Positions 16,343-27,177 of a DNA stretch of 64,000 nt are shown one piece after another. Below the pieces are notes generated by a model, which was not told the DNA's origin, ran no database searches, and worked only from the letters and a program-made list of their open reading frames with translations. A program made the position numbers and the translations under genes. The DNA lies in assembly GCA_016185615.1 (NCBI GenBank), contig JACPNE010000007.1, positions 1,760 through 65,759 of the forward strand. The letters are read 5' to 3'. Numbering within the stretch: position 1 is the stretch's first letter; every line of letters starts with the position of its first letter. This stretch comes from Candidatus Woesearchaeota archaeon (lineage in GTDB: Archaea; Nanobdellota; Nanobdellia; SCGC-AAA011-G17; JACPNG01).

Positions 16343-18775
16343 ATGACAAAAGAACTTAAATTGAAAGTAATGGAAGCCTTACAAGAAGAGGCCTATAAAG
16401 GAATTGTAAGAATAGATGCTGAAACAATGTATCAGATTGGAGTTAGACCCGGAGATATAGTTGAGATCGAAGGTGGAAGATTAACTGTTGGGATTGCAGA
16501 TAGAGCATATCCTACGGATGTTGGTCAAGCAGTAATAAGAATGGATGGAATTCTAAGAAGAAATGCCAAAACAGGAATTGGAGAATCTGTTAAAGTAAGA
16601 AAAGCTGATGTGAAAGAAGCTAAGTTCATCTCAATAGCACCAGCACAACAGGGAGTTATGGTACAAGCTGATCCTGATGTATTTAGAAGGGGATTATTAG
16701 GAAGGGCAGTCATAAAAGGAGATATTGTAGCATTAGGCGGAGCAAGGAGAAGAAGAAGAGCTTTTTCTGAAAGCATAAATCCATTTGAGGATATATTTGA
16801 TTTATTTGAGCCTGTTGGATTTATGGGTGATGTAGGATTCCCGGGATTGAAATTTCTTATTGTAGACACAACCCCAAAACAACCTGTAATAATAACAGGA
16901 GAGACGAATATAAAAGTAAATCCAAAAGCAGTTGATGTTCTTGAAGAAAAAATTCCAGACGTAACTTATGAGGATATTGGTGGCTTAAGTGATGAAATTA
17001 AAAAAATAAGAGAAATGGTAGAAATCCCAATGAAGTATCCGGAATTATTTATAAAATTAGGAATAGAGCCACCAAAAGGAGTTTTATTACACGGTCCTCC
17101 AGGATCTGGAAAAACATTATTGGCAAAAGCTGTAGCAAACGAATCAGAAGCAAATTTCATGTTGATAAATGGTCCAGAAATAATGAATAAATATTATGGA
17201 GAATCTGAGAAAAGAGTCAGGGATATTTTTGAGGAAGCTGAAAAAAATGCCCCTTCTATTATTTTTATTGATGAAATAGATGCTATTGCCCCTAAAAGGG
17301 AAGATGTTCATGGCGAAGTAGAAAGAAGGGTCGTAGCTCAATTATTGAGTATGATGGATGGTCTAAAATCAAGAGGCCAAGTTGTTGTTATTGCAGCAAC
17401 AAACAGACCAAATGCAATTGATCCCGCATTAAGAAGACCCGGAAGATTTGACAGAGAAATTGCTGTTGGTGTTCCAGATAAACAAGGAAGATTAAATATT
17501 CTAAAAATTCATACTAGAAATATGCCATTAAAAGGCGTTAGACTTGGAGAGATAGCAGAAATAACTCATGGTTTTGTAGGAGCGGATTTAAGCGCATTAT
17601 GTAAAGAAGCTGCTATGAATGTTCTAAGAAAAATTCTTCCTAATATAAAGCTTAGAGAAAAAGAACCAATTCCAAGAGAAATATTAGAAACTTTAGTTGT
17701 AGTTTCAAATGATTTTAAGGAAGCATTAAAATATGTAAGACCAAGTGCAATGAGAGAAATTTTAGTAGAGACCCCAGATGTTTCATGGGATAAGATTGGT
17801 GGATTAGAAACATTAAAACAGGAATTGAAAGAAAGTGTAGAATGGCCAATCAAAAATTCTGAAGCATTCAAGAGATTAGGAATAAGGCCCCCAAGAGGAA
17901 TCTTATTATATGGGCCACCTGGAACAGGTAAAACTTTACTTGCAAAAGCTGTAGCAAAAGAATCAGAAGCAAATTTCATATTAGTTAAAGGACCAGCATT
18001 ATTGGATAAGTTTGTTGGGGAATCTGAAAAAGGGGTAAGAAAAATATTTGAGAAAGCAAGACAAGTGTCTCCTGCTATAATCTTCTTTGATGAAATAGAT
18101 GCATTAGCCCCTAAGAGGGGATATGATACAGGAACAAGAGTAACAGAAACTGTTGTTAATACTTTATTAGCTGAGATGGATGGACTAGAAGAATTAAATG
18201 ATGTTGTTGTTATTGCAGCAACAAACAGACCAGATATAATAGATCCAGCTCTTTTAAGACCCGGAAGATTTGACAGATTATTATTAAGTGTTCCGCCAGA
18301 TGAAAAATCAAGATTTGATATATTTAGAATACATACAGAAAGAATGCCAATAACATTAACTAAAGAAGAAGTTAAGGAATTGGATGACCAATTTAAGAAT
18401 AAAAAAATTAATCCTGTAAAAAAAGTTGAATCAGACCCATCAGTAAAACAGTCTGAGATTGATATAGAAAAAGAAAAGAAAATCAATTTTAAAGAATTAC
18501 CAACTAAAGATAAACTACTTTATTATTTAGCTGAGAAAACAGACGGTTATGTCGGAGCAGACATAGAAGCAGTATGTAGGGAAGCAGCCATGCTTGCATT
18601 AAGGGAAGATATAAAAACAAAAGAAGTAACTAAAAAACATTTTGATAAGTCATTAATCAAAATCAAGCCATCAGTTGGAAAAGACATAATGGAAAAGTAT
18701 CAGTCTATGGAAGAGGAATATCTTAGAAATGCAAAAGCAGTATTATCAAAAGATCTTCCAAGTTATCTAGGATAA
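16343..18775 (+). CDS. cdc48: CDC48/VCP-family AAA+ ATPase
   Basis: N domain plus two AAA modules ([16 protein letters not shown]; DEID; RPGRFD twice). Confidence 0.97.
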   Translation: MTKELKLKVMEALQEEAYKGIVRIDAETMYQIGVRPGDIVEIEGGRLTVGIADRAYPTDVGQAVIRMDGILRRNAKTGIGESVKVRKADVKEAKFISIAPAQQGVMVQADPDVFRRGLLGRAVIKGDIVALGGARRRRRAFSESINPFEDIFDLFEPVGFMGDVGFPGLKFLIVDTTPKQPVIITGETNIKVNPKAVDVLEEKIPDVTYEDIGGLSDEIKKIREMVEIPMKYPELFIKLGIEPPKGVLLHGPPGSGKTLLAKAVANESEANFMLINGPEIMNKYYGESEKRVRDIFEEAEKNAPSIIFIDEIDAIAPKREDVHGEVERRVVAQLLSMMDGLKSRGQVVVIAATNRPNAIDPALRRPGRFDREIAVGVPDKQGRLNILKIHTRNMPLKGVRLGEIAEITHGFVGADLSALCKEAAMNVLRKILPNIKLREKEPIPREILETLVVVSNDFKEALKYVRPSAMREILVETPDVSWDKIGGLETLKQELKESVEWPIKNSEAFKRLGIRPPRGILLYGPPGTGKTLLAKAVAKESEANFILVKGPALLDKFVGESEKGVRKIFEKARQVSPAIIFFDEIDALAPKRGYDTGTRVTETVVNTLLAEMDGLEELNDVVVIAATNRPDIIDPALLRPGRFDRLLLSVPPDEKSRFDIFRIHTERMPITLTKEEVKELDDQFKNKKINPVKKVESDPSVKQSEIDIEKEKKINFKELPTKDKLLYYLAEKTDGYVGADIEAVCREAAMLALREDIKTKEVTKKHFDKSLIKIKPSVGKDIMEKYQSMEEEYLRNAKAVLSKDLPSYLG

Positions 18776-19624
18776 TCTAGTTATAACGCCTTTTCCAATT
18801 ATAACTGTATGTTCTGCCTGACTAACTAATCCTCTGGAACTCTCAATTAATTGTGGATATTGATGGATTACTTTTTCCCTCTCTAGAATATTAAAAGCTA
18901 AGTCTTTCATCGGAGAATTTATCCATCTTTTTGCAAATGGCAACCCATCATATTTTTCAATTTCTCTCAAAATTCTTCTTGCATGCTCATTTCTAACTGA
19001 TTTTTTATTTAGTAATCTAAATATATCAGAACCTTTTCCCTCTATAACTTTTCCCTCTCCATCTGTAGCGAATGGCTCTATTGCTATAACAAAATCTTTC
19101 TCTAATTTTGTTTTATCTCTATTATCATAATTTGGAATTGTTAATCCAGCATGTACTTTATACAAATCCATTTTATGCCCTGATAAATTAATTACTGGGG
19201 AAAAACCAAATTCCTGTATTTTAGATTGAATAACATAACCAATTTCTCTCACTTCAGTTCCTTCCTTAGCTATTTTTACTGCTTCATTTAATGCTTCTCT
19301 GCTAGCTTTGACTAAATCTTCATTATTCCCTAAATCTATTGTAAGGGCATTATCCCCAATAGCCCCATTTACATGGACTCCGACATCTAATTTGATTAAA
19401 TCCCCTTCATTAAATCTAGTTTTATCGTCTTTATATGCTGTATAATGTGCTGCTATATAATTTGCTGAAATATTAACTGGAAATGCCGGCTTTCCCCCTA
19501 AAGAAATTATTTTTGCTTCAACTTTCTCAGCTACTTCCAATAATGATTCATTAACTTTCATTAACTTTTTTCCATACTCAAGAACTTCTGCTGCTATCTT
19601 TCCTGCTTTGATCCAGTTATCCAT
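18767..19624 (-). CDS. map: Methionine aminopeptidase type II
   Basis: [29 protein letters not shown]. Confidence 0.96.
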   Translation of the reverse strand: MDNWIKAGKIAAEVLEYGKKLMKVNESLLEVAEKVEAKIISLGGKPAFPVNISANYIAAHYTAYKDDKTRFNEGDLIKLDVGVHVNGAIGDNALTIDLGNNEDLVKASREALNEAVKIAKEGTEVREIGYVIQSKIQEFGFSPVINLSGHKMDLYKVHAGLTIPNYDNRDKTKLEKDFVIAIEPFATDGEGKVIEGKGSDIFRLLNKKSVRNEHARRILREIEKYDGLPFAKRWINSPMKDLAFNILEREKVIHQYPQLIESSRGLVSQAEHTVIIGKGVITRLS

Positions 19625-22068
19625 TAAAATTCACCTAATGTTCTTTGCTCTTTATTTATTAATAAATCATCCTCTTTTAATCCGACTGCCTCAAATATCA
19701 TTTTTACACTTGGGATTATTTGGTTATTTATATAATAGTCACTATCATAATCTTCATCTTTGCATTCAATTAACAATCTTGCTCTATCCCTTATCATTCC
19801 TTCTCCTTCCATTATAACATAACTTATAATCATTCCTACTCTTACAGGAATTCCTTTATTTTTCATTCTCTCTGCAACTTTGACATGGGGGCCTATCTGA
19901 TCATAATCATTTATATCTTTTTTTAGCTGAGTCTTTATTATCATATCTTCAATAGGAACTCTTTTTTTTCTTACATCTTCTATCACTTTTTTTACATATT
20001 CAAATGCTTTTTCAATTGAATTTTCTTTTAATATTATCTCAAGAACTTTTAATTGGGTTTTTCTTGCTAAATAACTCCAGTCCCTTCTGACAGTTTCAAA
20101 TCCCCTGACTTTCATATAATCGTCTTTTGAAAGAAGGGCATATTTTTTCTTAGCTCCAAGTGCTTCTCCTTTCTTTGTTACAAATATCCCTTTTTTATAA
20201 AAATCCTCTAGTTCTATCTCCATAAGGCTTGGTAGTTCAGTATTTACTTTACTCATTAATTCCAAAGCCTCCTCTTTAGTTTTTTCCATTAAAACAACAA
20301 CAATGGAATCCGTATCAGAATAAATAACATTGAATCCATTTTTGTTTGCTTCATCTATTACCTCTTGGATATGGTGTCTTCCATAAGCAGTTATTGCAGC
20401 CGCACATTCTTTACTATACCATCTTGCTCCAAAAAATCCGAACATCCCATATGTTGCATTAGCAGCATATTTTAAGGCCATACTTCGTGCTTGTAATATC
20501 TTATCTTGTTTATTTTCTCTTAATATCTCTCTTATCCTGTTTCTTCTCGTAATCAACTCTTTGATTACATAAGGAATCAAAGCCTCCTCTTTATAACTAA
20601 AATAATAATTGGTTTTTTTATCCCTTTCAATTATGTCAGGGGTTTTGTACGACCCTTTCCTTGATTTTGTTAATGAACTTGGATCAATATTATATGCTAC
20701 AATCACACTAGGATACAGACTTTTGAAATCAAATACAACAAGATTATCATACAATCCTGCTTTTGGTTGGTATACAAATGCTCCCTGATATGTATCCATT
20801 CTTCTCTGAGAAACAAGATTACTTGTTGGTTTATTTGGGGCTATTTCATTAAATTCTTTAGCTTTTCTCAATAAATACGATTCTGTTAATTGACCATAAC
20901 TTGTTCTACATATGTCGTGTGGGGTTTGTCCTAATAATCTTGATAACTCAAAGAGATTCAACAAAACCTCTTTGCATAATTTATATGTAATATCAGCATC
21001 ATGTAAATTATATTCACAAATCTTTTCTATCTCTTTGCTTCCTGAATCCCATACAAGAGCAAATTTGCTTACATCTATCTCAATTTTCTCTTCTTTTATC
21101 AGTTCCTTTGCAACTTCCCCCAGACTATAATTGTCTAATTGTAAAGATACACCCATTATTCCTCTGATAAACTTATAAACATCAAGATGAATTATCCCAA
21201 TTGTTTTAACAGACCCAAAATTTCTCTTTGCTAATTTTATATCACTTTTATCAAGATTAATATCCAAAGGAATGTTATGTTTTTTTGCCCTTGCCTTAAT
21301 ATATGGCAAATCAAATCCATCAGAAAAATACCCAGCAATTATATCTGGCTTGTAATCTTTAACGGTTTTTATAAACTCTTCAATTAATCCCCTTTCATCT
21401 TTTACAATTGTTATATCCTCTTCAGTTGGAATATTCTTCCAAGTTATAACTTTTTTTAAATTCTCTCCGACCATGGCAAGGCTAATTATTGGATCATGAC
21501 TTTCTCTTGAATACTCTTCTCCATGAGTATAAGTTTCTATATCAAAACTTAATATTCTTGGATTGTTAAATGAACCTTCACTTTGTTTTATCGACTTTAA
21601 TTTTATAGAAAAATCAACATCCAAATCTTCATTTATAATATCACCTTCAACCCCATAAGCATTTAGTGGGAATAAATTATTATCAATGAGATATCTTCTT
21701 ACAAATAAGATATCATTTTCATTTATGAATTCAACCCCATCGTAATTTCTTATTATTTTACTTAATACCGGAACAGATTTGGGTTTGTTTACTGTGACTT
21801 TAATAGAATTTATTTTTTTCCCTAAATACTTTTTTTCTTCTAAACTTGCATCTAGAACGAAAAAATCTTCCTCTCTTTCTTGTTTTATCCTTCTTATTAT
21901 TAAATTAATATTCTCCTTTTCTTTTGGTATAACCCAGAAATATGGCTTAAAATCATAATCCAAAACACAAACCCTTTTGTTATCCAATGTCTTTCCAAAT
22001 ATTCTTACAACTAATTCACCTTCATCTGAATATTCCAAATCTAATGGAAAGAATATTACTTTAACCAT
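19624..22068 (-). CDS. polB: Family B DNA polymerase
   Basis: FDIET exonuclease, DFKSLYPS, K...N..YG, YSDTDS; C-terminal PIP box QRTLGEF. Confidence 0.97.
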   Translation of the reverse strand: MVKVIFFPLDLEYSDEGELVVRIFGKTLDNKRVCVLDYDFKPYFWVIPKEKENINLIIRRIKQEREEDFFVLDASLEEKKYLGKKINSIKVTVNKPKSVPVLSKIIRNYDGVEFINENDILFVRRYLIDNNLFPLNAYGVEGDIINEDLDVDFSIKLKSIKQSEGSFNNPRILSFDIETYTHGEEYSRESHDPIISLAMVGENLKKVITWKNIPTEEDITIVKDERGLIEEFIKTVKDYKPDIIAGYFSDGFDLPYIKARAKKHNIPLDINLDKSDIKLAKRNFGSVKTIGIIHLDVYKFIRGIMGVSLQLDNYSLGEVAKELIKEEKIEIDVSKFALVWDSGSKEIEKICEYNLHDADITYKLCKEVLLNLFELSRLLGQTPHDICRTSYGQLTESYLLRKAKEFNEIAPNKPTSNLVSQRRMDTYQGAFVYQPKAGLYDNLVVFDFKSLYPSVIVAYNIDPSSLTKSRKGSYKTPDIIERDKKTNYYFSYKEEALIPYVIKELITRRNRIREILRENKQDKILQARSMALKYAANATYGMFGFFGARWYSKECAAAITAYGRHHIQEVIDEANKNGFNVIYSDTDSIVVVLMEKTKEEALELMSKVNTELPSLMEIELEDFYKKGIFVTKKGEALGAKKKYALLSKDDYMKVRGFETVRRDWSYLARKTQLKVLEIILKENSIEKAFEYVKKVIEDVRKKRVPIEDMIIKTQLKKDINDYDQIGPHVKVAERMKNKGIPVRVGMIISYVIMEGEGMIRDRARLLIECKDEDYDSDYYINNQIIPSVKMIFEAVGLKEDDLLINKEQRTLGEF

Positions 22069-22103
22069 TTATAATATATAAAAAATAAACTTATAAACCT
22101 TTT

Positions 22104-22754
22104 TTAGAGAAATTCCTTTATCCTCTTATTTTTTAAGAGTATATTATTGCTGGGCTTGAACATATAAGCATAATTCTCATCAAAATATCCACATCTAAAT
22201 TTTTCAATGTCTATCCCTGTTCTTTTACTTAACATTAATGCGTAAAAATATATTTGTGTAGATGCAAACTCTTCATTATGTGAATTGGGTTTATAGTCCC
22301 AGATCCATATTTTATCATTCTCCATTCTTAGAATGTCTATGTGTCCTGTCAATGGCTGGATAGTTTTGAACAAATCAGTATAATAATCTACTTCATTGTT
22401 GTACATCCATATAGGAACCTCAACAGCTATAGTCTTTGAATCATTCTCAATCAAGAAACTCTGCACCTTTATATGATTGCTATTATATCTGTCTTTATTT
22501 TGTAGCAAGCCATGACTTGCTAAATCACATATCTCATGTCCTTGTACAACCTTAGTATCAAAATCCAACTTAAATCTTAACATAGAACTCCTTGGACCAG
22601 AATTAAAATATTCATCAGGACAATTCTCAAACATATTAAACAAGAAATCATTTAATTTACCGAAACCATTACAAAGATGGTTTAATTTTTCACTATGAAT
22701 CCTGTAAAAATAAAATCCACCCTTATGATTTAAAGAAGTTTGTTTTATCACCAT
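22104..22754 (-). CDS. PD-(D/E)XK nuclease-family protein
   Basis: GHIDIL...IWDYKP...QIYFYALML. Confidence 0.75.
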   Translation of the reverse strand: MVIKQTSLNHKGGFYFYRIHSEKLNHLCNGFGKLNDFLFNMFENCPDEYFNSGPRSSMLRFKLDFDTKVVQGHEICDLASHGLLQNKDRYNSNHIKVQSFLIENDSKTIAVEVPIWMYNNEVDYYTDLFKTIQPLTGHIDILRMENDKIWIWDYKPNSHNEEFASTQIYFYALMLSKRTGIDIEKFRCGYFDENYAYMFKPSNNILLKNKRIKEFL

Positions 22755-22846
22755 TTTTTAATTAAACCTCTAATTCAAAATATAAAGATTTTGGTGTTTT
22801 TATCTCATTAAGTTAAATTTAAATAATATGTTTATATGTAATGTAG

Positions 22847-23869
22847 ATGGGAGTTAAATTAGGAGATTTAGTTATTAAAAAAGAAATTTCTTTTGAAGAA
22901 TTATCCAATAAGAAGATAGCAATAGATGCTCCAAATATGATTTATCAATTCTTAACCTCAATAAGGCAGCCAGATGGAACCCCATTAATGGACTCTAAAG
23001 GCAATATAACCTCACATTTACAAGGTATATTAACTAGGCTGACAAATTTAATGTCGCGAAATATACAATTATGCGTATGTTTTGATGGAAAACCACCTTT
23101 ATCCAAGATAAGAGAAACAGAATCACGCGAGTATAGGAAAGAGATTGCGGCTGAGAAGCTAAAAAAAGCATTAGAAGAAGAGGATATCTCTTCAGTCTAT
23201 AAATACTCAAAACAGGTTGTAAGGTTAACAAAGGAAGTGTCAAATGAATCTAAGGAATTAATTAATTATTTAGGCATTCCAACTATACAAGCACCAAGTG
23301 AATCAGATGCGCAGATAGCCTTTATGTGTGAAAAAGGTGATGTCTGGGCTTGTGCTTCTTCAGATATGGATGTTTTGATATATGGTGCTCCTAGATTAGT
23401 AACTAATTTGACTGTATCTCAAAGGAAAAAACTTCCTAGCGGATCTACAATATCTATAAATCCAGAATTAATTGAACTTGAAAAAGTTTTAAGGAATTTA
23501 GAAATAAATCAAGATCAATTATTGGCATTAGCCATATTGGTTGGAACAGATTATAACAAATTAGGGGTTAAAGGAATAGGGCCCAAGACAGCACTTAAAT
23601 TAGTTAAACAATTCAAGAATTTTGATAAAATTTTTAAGGAAGTTGAGGCAGATTTTAATTGGAAAGAGGTTTATGCTGTCTTCAAATCAATGCCAATTAT
23701 GAAAAATTATCAGCTAAAATGGCAAGCCCCCGATGAGGAAAAGATTATAAAATTATTAGTTGACAAGCATGATTTTTCTGAAGATAGAGTAAAAAAGACT
23801 TTAGAAAAATTAAATAACTCAAAATCTAAACAATCACAAAAAGGCTTAGGTGATTTTATTAATGTTTAA
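22847..23869 (+). CDS. fen: Flap endonuclease 1
   Basis: AIDAPNMIYQFLTSIRQPDG, APSESDAQ, GTDYN, GIGPKTA; PIP-like QKGLGDF. Confidence 0.97.
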   Translation: MGVKLGDLVIKKEISFEELSNKKIAIDAPNMIYQFLTSIRQPDGTPLMDSKGNITSHLQGILTRLTNLMSRNIQLCVCFDGKPPLSKIRETESREYRKEIAAEKLKKALEEEDISSVYKYSKQVVRLTKEVSNESKELINYLGIPTIQAPSESDAQIAFMCEKGDVWACASSDMDVLIYGAPRLVTNLTVSQRKKLPSGSTISINPELIELEKVLRNLEINQDQLLALAILVGTDYNKLGVKGIGPKTALKLVKQFKNFDKIFKEVEADFNWKEVYAVFKSMPIMKNYQLKWQAPDEEKIIKLLVDKHDFSEDRVKKTLEKLNNSKSKQSQKGLGDFINV

Positions 23870-23879
23870 TTTTAATCAT

Positions 23880-24989
23880 ATGTTCGGATTTGAGATTAAC
23901 AGGGAATTATCATTAAACTATCTTTCTACTTCTATAAGGGCTCTTGTAATATCAATGATCGGAATATTTATTCCGATTTTTATCCTAACCTTAGGATATG
24001 ATGTTAGAGATGTAATTTTATACCATATCTTCTTTTATGCTTTAATAACCTCTTTGATATCATTAACCACCAAAATCATTTCAAAGGTAGGATTAAAATT
24101 TTCCATAGCAACAAGTTTTCCACTTTTGATAATATCTTATTTATTATTATACTCATCTGAGGTTTATAAAATATCAATTTATTGGTCATTAATCCCAAGT
24201 GTAATGAGTTTTTTAGCATTCTGGCCTGCTTTTCAAATTTACTTTGCAAAGAGTTCGGATCATAGTCATAGGGGACGTGAAATTGGTTTTCTTTCATCAA
24301 TAAACTTGATATTAAGCGCTATAGGCCCAACATTAGCTGCATTAATCATAACGTTTTTTGGATTTGGAATTTTGTTTATTTCAGTCAGTATAATTATGTT
24401 ACTTGCAATTATTCCAATATATGGTTCAGAGGAAAAATATCCAAAATCAAGATTTTACTTTAAAGATTTATACAATAAAAGAAGAAAGATAAAAGAACCA
24501 ATAATATTTTTTAGTGAGGGAATAAATATAATATGTGAATTGTTATTCTGGCCATTATTAATCTATTTTTTATTCAATGATCTTCTTATTGTAGGATATC
24601 TGGGCTCAGTGCTTTATATCTCTATATTGATATCATTATATTTGGCTTCAAAATATAGTGATTCAAGAAAAAAACACAAATTAATGATTATAGGATCTAT
24701 ATTATATGCTGGTTCATGGATAGTAAGAACTGCTGTGAAATCATTACAATCTGTTTTGGGAGCCAGCATAGGAACAGGAATAACAAGTACTTTATTAGAT
24801 GTTCCTTACTCCTCTATTTTTTACGATAAGCTTAGCAAAAAAACCACTACTGAATATGTTGTGTTTAGGGAGATATTTGTTGGATTTGGAAGAATATTCA
24901 TTCTATTAATATTTTACTTTACAAATAGTTTTATAATAATATTTGGATTAGCAGCATTAGCCTCTTTCATAAGAGGCTTTTATAGATAA
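23880..24989 (+). CDS. MFS transporter (track start 23850; ATG 23880 more likely)
   Basis: About 11-12 hydrophobic segments; RGREIG loop. Confidence 0.82.
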   Translation: MFGFEINRELSLNYLSTSIRALVISMIGIFIPIFILTLGYDVRDVILYHIFFYALITSLISLTTKIISKVGLKFSIATSFPLLIISYLLLYSSEVYKISIYWSLIPSVMSFLAFWPAFQIYFAKSSDHSHRGREIGFLSSINLILSAIGPTLAALIITFFGFGILFISVSIIMLLAIIPIYGSEEKYPKSRFYFKDLYNKRRKIKEPIIFFSEGINIICELLFWPLLIYFLFNDLLIVGYLGSVLYISILISLYLASKYSDSRKKHKLMIIGSILYAGSWIVRTAVKSLQSVLGASIGTGITSTLLDVPYSSIFYDKLSKKTTTEYVVFREIFVGFGRIFILLIFYFTNSFIIIFGLAALASFIRGFYR

Positions 24990-25801
24990 TGAAACCTAAA
25001 GAATTATTGAAAAGCAAATTGACACAAAAAGAACTTTCTATTATGCCAAGCTCTTTTGATGTGGTTGGAACTATTGCTATATTTATAGAATTTCCAAAGC
25101 AATTGATTAAAAAAGAAAAGATGATTGCAGAATTACTATTAAAAAATTATAATAATATAAAAACAGTAGCAAAAAAGACAGGATTTTATTCTGGAAGATA
25201 TAGAACACCAAAAATAAAAATCATTGCTGGAGAAAGAACAAAGGAAACTATTCATAAAGAGAATAATGTTAATATAAAATTGAATATAGAAACATGTTAT
25301 TATTCTCCAAGATTAAGCACAGAAAGATTAAGGATAGCTGAATTAATAAGAAAAAATGAAAACATTCTGGTTATGTTTTCAGGTGTCGGAGTTTATCCTT
25401 TGGTTTTATCTAGGAATTCTAAAGCTAAGGAAATATATGGGATTGAATTAAACAAAGAAGCCCACAACTATGGGTTGGAAAATGTGAAAATAAACAAATT
25501 AAGTAATATAATTTTATTGAAGGGAGATGTCAAGAAAGTTGTTAAAAAAATTAATATAAAATTTGACAGGATTATAATGCCGTTGCCAAAATCTTCAGAA
25601 AAATTTCTAGATTCCGCATTAATTGTCTCTAAAAAAGGAGCCATAATACATTTTTATGATTTCCAGAATGAGAACGAATTTGATAAATCAAAAGATAAGA
25701 TAAAAAAACACATTAACAATTTTAAAATATTAAAAATTGTAAAATGTGGGCAATATGCTCCAAGAAAATACAGAATATGTGTTGACTTCAAAGTTCTTTG
25801 A
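24989..25801 (+). CDS. Trm5/Tyw2-family SAM-dependent tRNA methyltransferase
   Basis: SFDVVGTIA, YYSPRLSTER, VMFSGVG, DRIIMPLP. Confidence 0.9.
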   Translation: MKPKELLKSKLTQKELSIMPSSFDVVGTIAIFIEFPKQLIKKEKMIAELLLKNYNNIKTVAKKTGFYSGRYRTPKIKIIAGERTKETIHKENNVNIKLNIETCYYSPRLSTERLRIAELIRKNENILVMFSGVGVYPLVLSRNSKAKEIYGIELNKEAHNYGLENVKINKLSNIILLKGDVKKVVKKINIKFDRIIMPLPKSSEKFLDSALIVSKKGAIIHFYDFQNENEFDKSKDKIKKHINNFKILKIVKCGQYAPRKYRICVDFKVL

Positions 25802-27101
25802 ATAATTCTTTCTTTATCTTCATTACACTTGGGGTTTCTCCGCCATGCCAACTCATCTTTGGATGTACCCTTATTGGGTATATTCTTTCTGAATTATCAT
25901 CAAGGACAATGGCCGAGCCTTTAAGATCAGGCAGCTCATTCATATATCTTTGTATATCCGCTAACAAATAAGTCTGCATCATATTGTTTAATGCTTCTAT
26001 ATCGATCTTAGAAGTCAATCTATGTGAGATAACAATATCACTTTGGGTTAAAACATCTCGATGAATTTCTCCTGGCTGTTGAGTTGCTAATACTAAACTT
26101 ATTCCCGGTTGTCTTCCTTCTCTCAACAATTGAACTAATGCGTCTGTTGCAGGAGTTTTTCCCTCTTTTGGAAGAAGCTCATGAGCTTCATCTATTAATA
26201 CCCAGATCAATGGTTCTTCTTTCTCGCCAATATAACTTAGATTTGACAATCCCTTTATATCTTCTAATTCTTCATACTTTCTGAATATAACTCTGTCTTC
26301 TATAAGCTTCCTTGAGATTATTCCAACCACTAATGCTTTAATGCTCCAATTTCCAGCTATTGAAGTATATGGACTTAAATCTATAATAGATGTTTGCCCC
26401 TGTTTTATTAAATCTTCAATTTCTGTTCCATGTTCATCAAATAATCCCCATCCATCTGCCGCAACAAATCTGTTTTCAGCAGCATTTTTGATATTTTGTT
26501 CTGATTTAGTGTCTTTTATTATTTCTCTTATAATCTCATTAATTGAATAGCTTTCTTTATCCTTTAAAATTTTTATGACCCTTTCAATTAATACCCCAAT
26601 TGGGCTTGTTAAATTTATATCAAAAGTATTACACCAATCAGAAGCACTTAATTCATTAGTCTTTATTGAAAATCCATAATCACTTGGAAGTTCTTTTTCT
26701 TTGTATAAATCATGAAATCCTTTTGGGGTAAATATCTTAACATCAAACTCTTTTGGTTCTAATCCCCATTCTCTAAGCAGTTCTTTTTGTCTTTCATTTT
26801 TATACTTCATTGTCCAGAATATTCCCATAGTGTCAAATAAAAGAAAAGATAATCTTTTATTCAAACTTTCTGGAAGATTAGCCATCTCTTCAGCCATTAC
26901 ACTTAATGTTGTACTCTTTCCAGAACCTCTTTTTCCACTTACAAGAATAACATGTGGCTTATTGACATCAAGAAAAATATTATTGCTCATTGATGTAGTT
27001 TGCCCCATTTTTACATATCCCTTTCCTAAGAAAATTGAGCCTTCTTTTCCAAGTTTTCTTCTATCTTCTTCATCCCTTCCAATTATAATATTATATGGCA
27101 T
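25788..27101 (-). CDS. HerA/DUF87-family P-loop ATPase
   Basis: GKRGSGKS, LIDEAH, REGRQPG, ATQQP. Confidence 0.88.
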   Translation of the reverse strand: MPYNIIIGRDEEDRRKLGKEGSIFLGKGYVKMGQTTSMSNNIFLDVNKPHVILVSGKRGSGKSTTLSVMAEEMANLPESLNKRLSFLLFDTMGIFWTMKYKNERQKELLREWGLEPKEFDVKIFTPKGFHDLYKEKELPSDYGFSIKTNELSASDWCNTFDINLTSPIGVLIERVIKILKDKESYSINEIIREIIKDTKSEQNIKNAAENRFVAADGWGLFDEHGTEIEDLIKQGQTSIIDLSPYTSIAGNWSIKALVVGIISRKLIEDRVIFRKYEELEDIKGLSNLSYIGEKEEPLIWVLIDEAHELLPKEGKTPATDALVQLLREGRQPGISLVLATQQPGEIHRDVLTQSDIVISHRLTSKIDIEALNNMMQTYLLADIQRYMNELPDLKGSAIVLDDNSERIYPIRVHPKMSWHGGETPSVMKIKKELFKEL

Positions 27102-27177
27102 AGCCCTATTACTTGTTTAATCTATAAAAATATTCTTAAAGGTAAGTTTTAAAAATCTTTATTATATAATAAAATCC

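Noticed and set aside
17566-18486. 306-aa antisense ORF inside cdc48
   Set aside because: Shadow ORF opposite a conserved gene; Ser/Phe/Ile-rich composition typical of AT-rich antisense frames.
22104-22754. Cas4 / CRISPR assignment for the PD-(D/E)XK nuclease
   Set aside because: No C-terminal three-Cys Fe-S cluster motif, no cas genes and no repeat-spacer array in the window.
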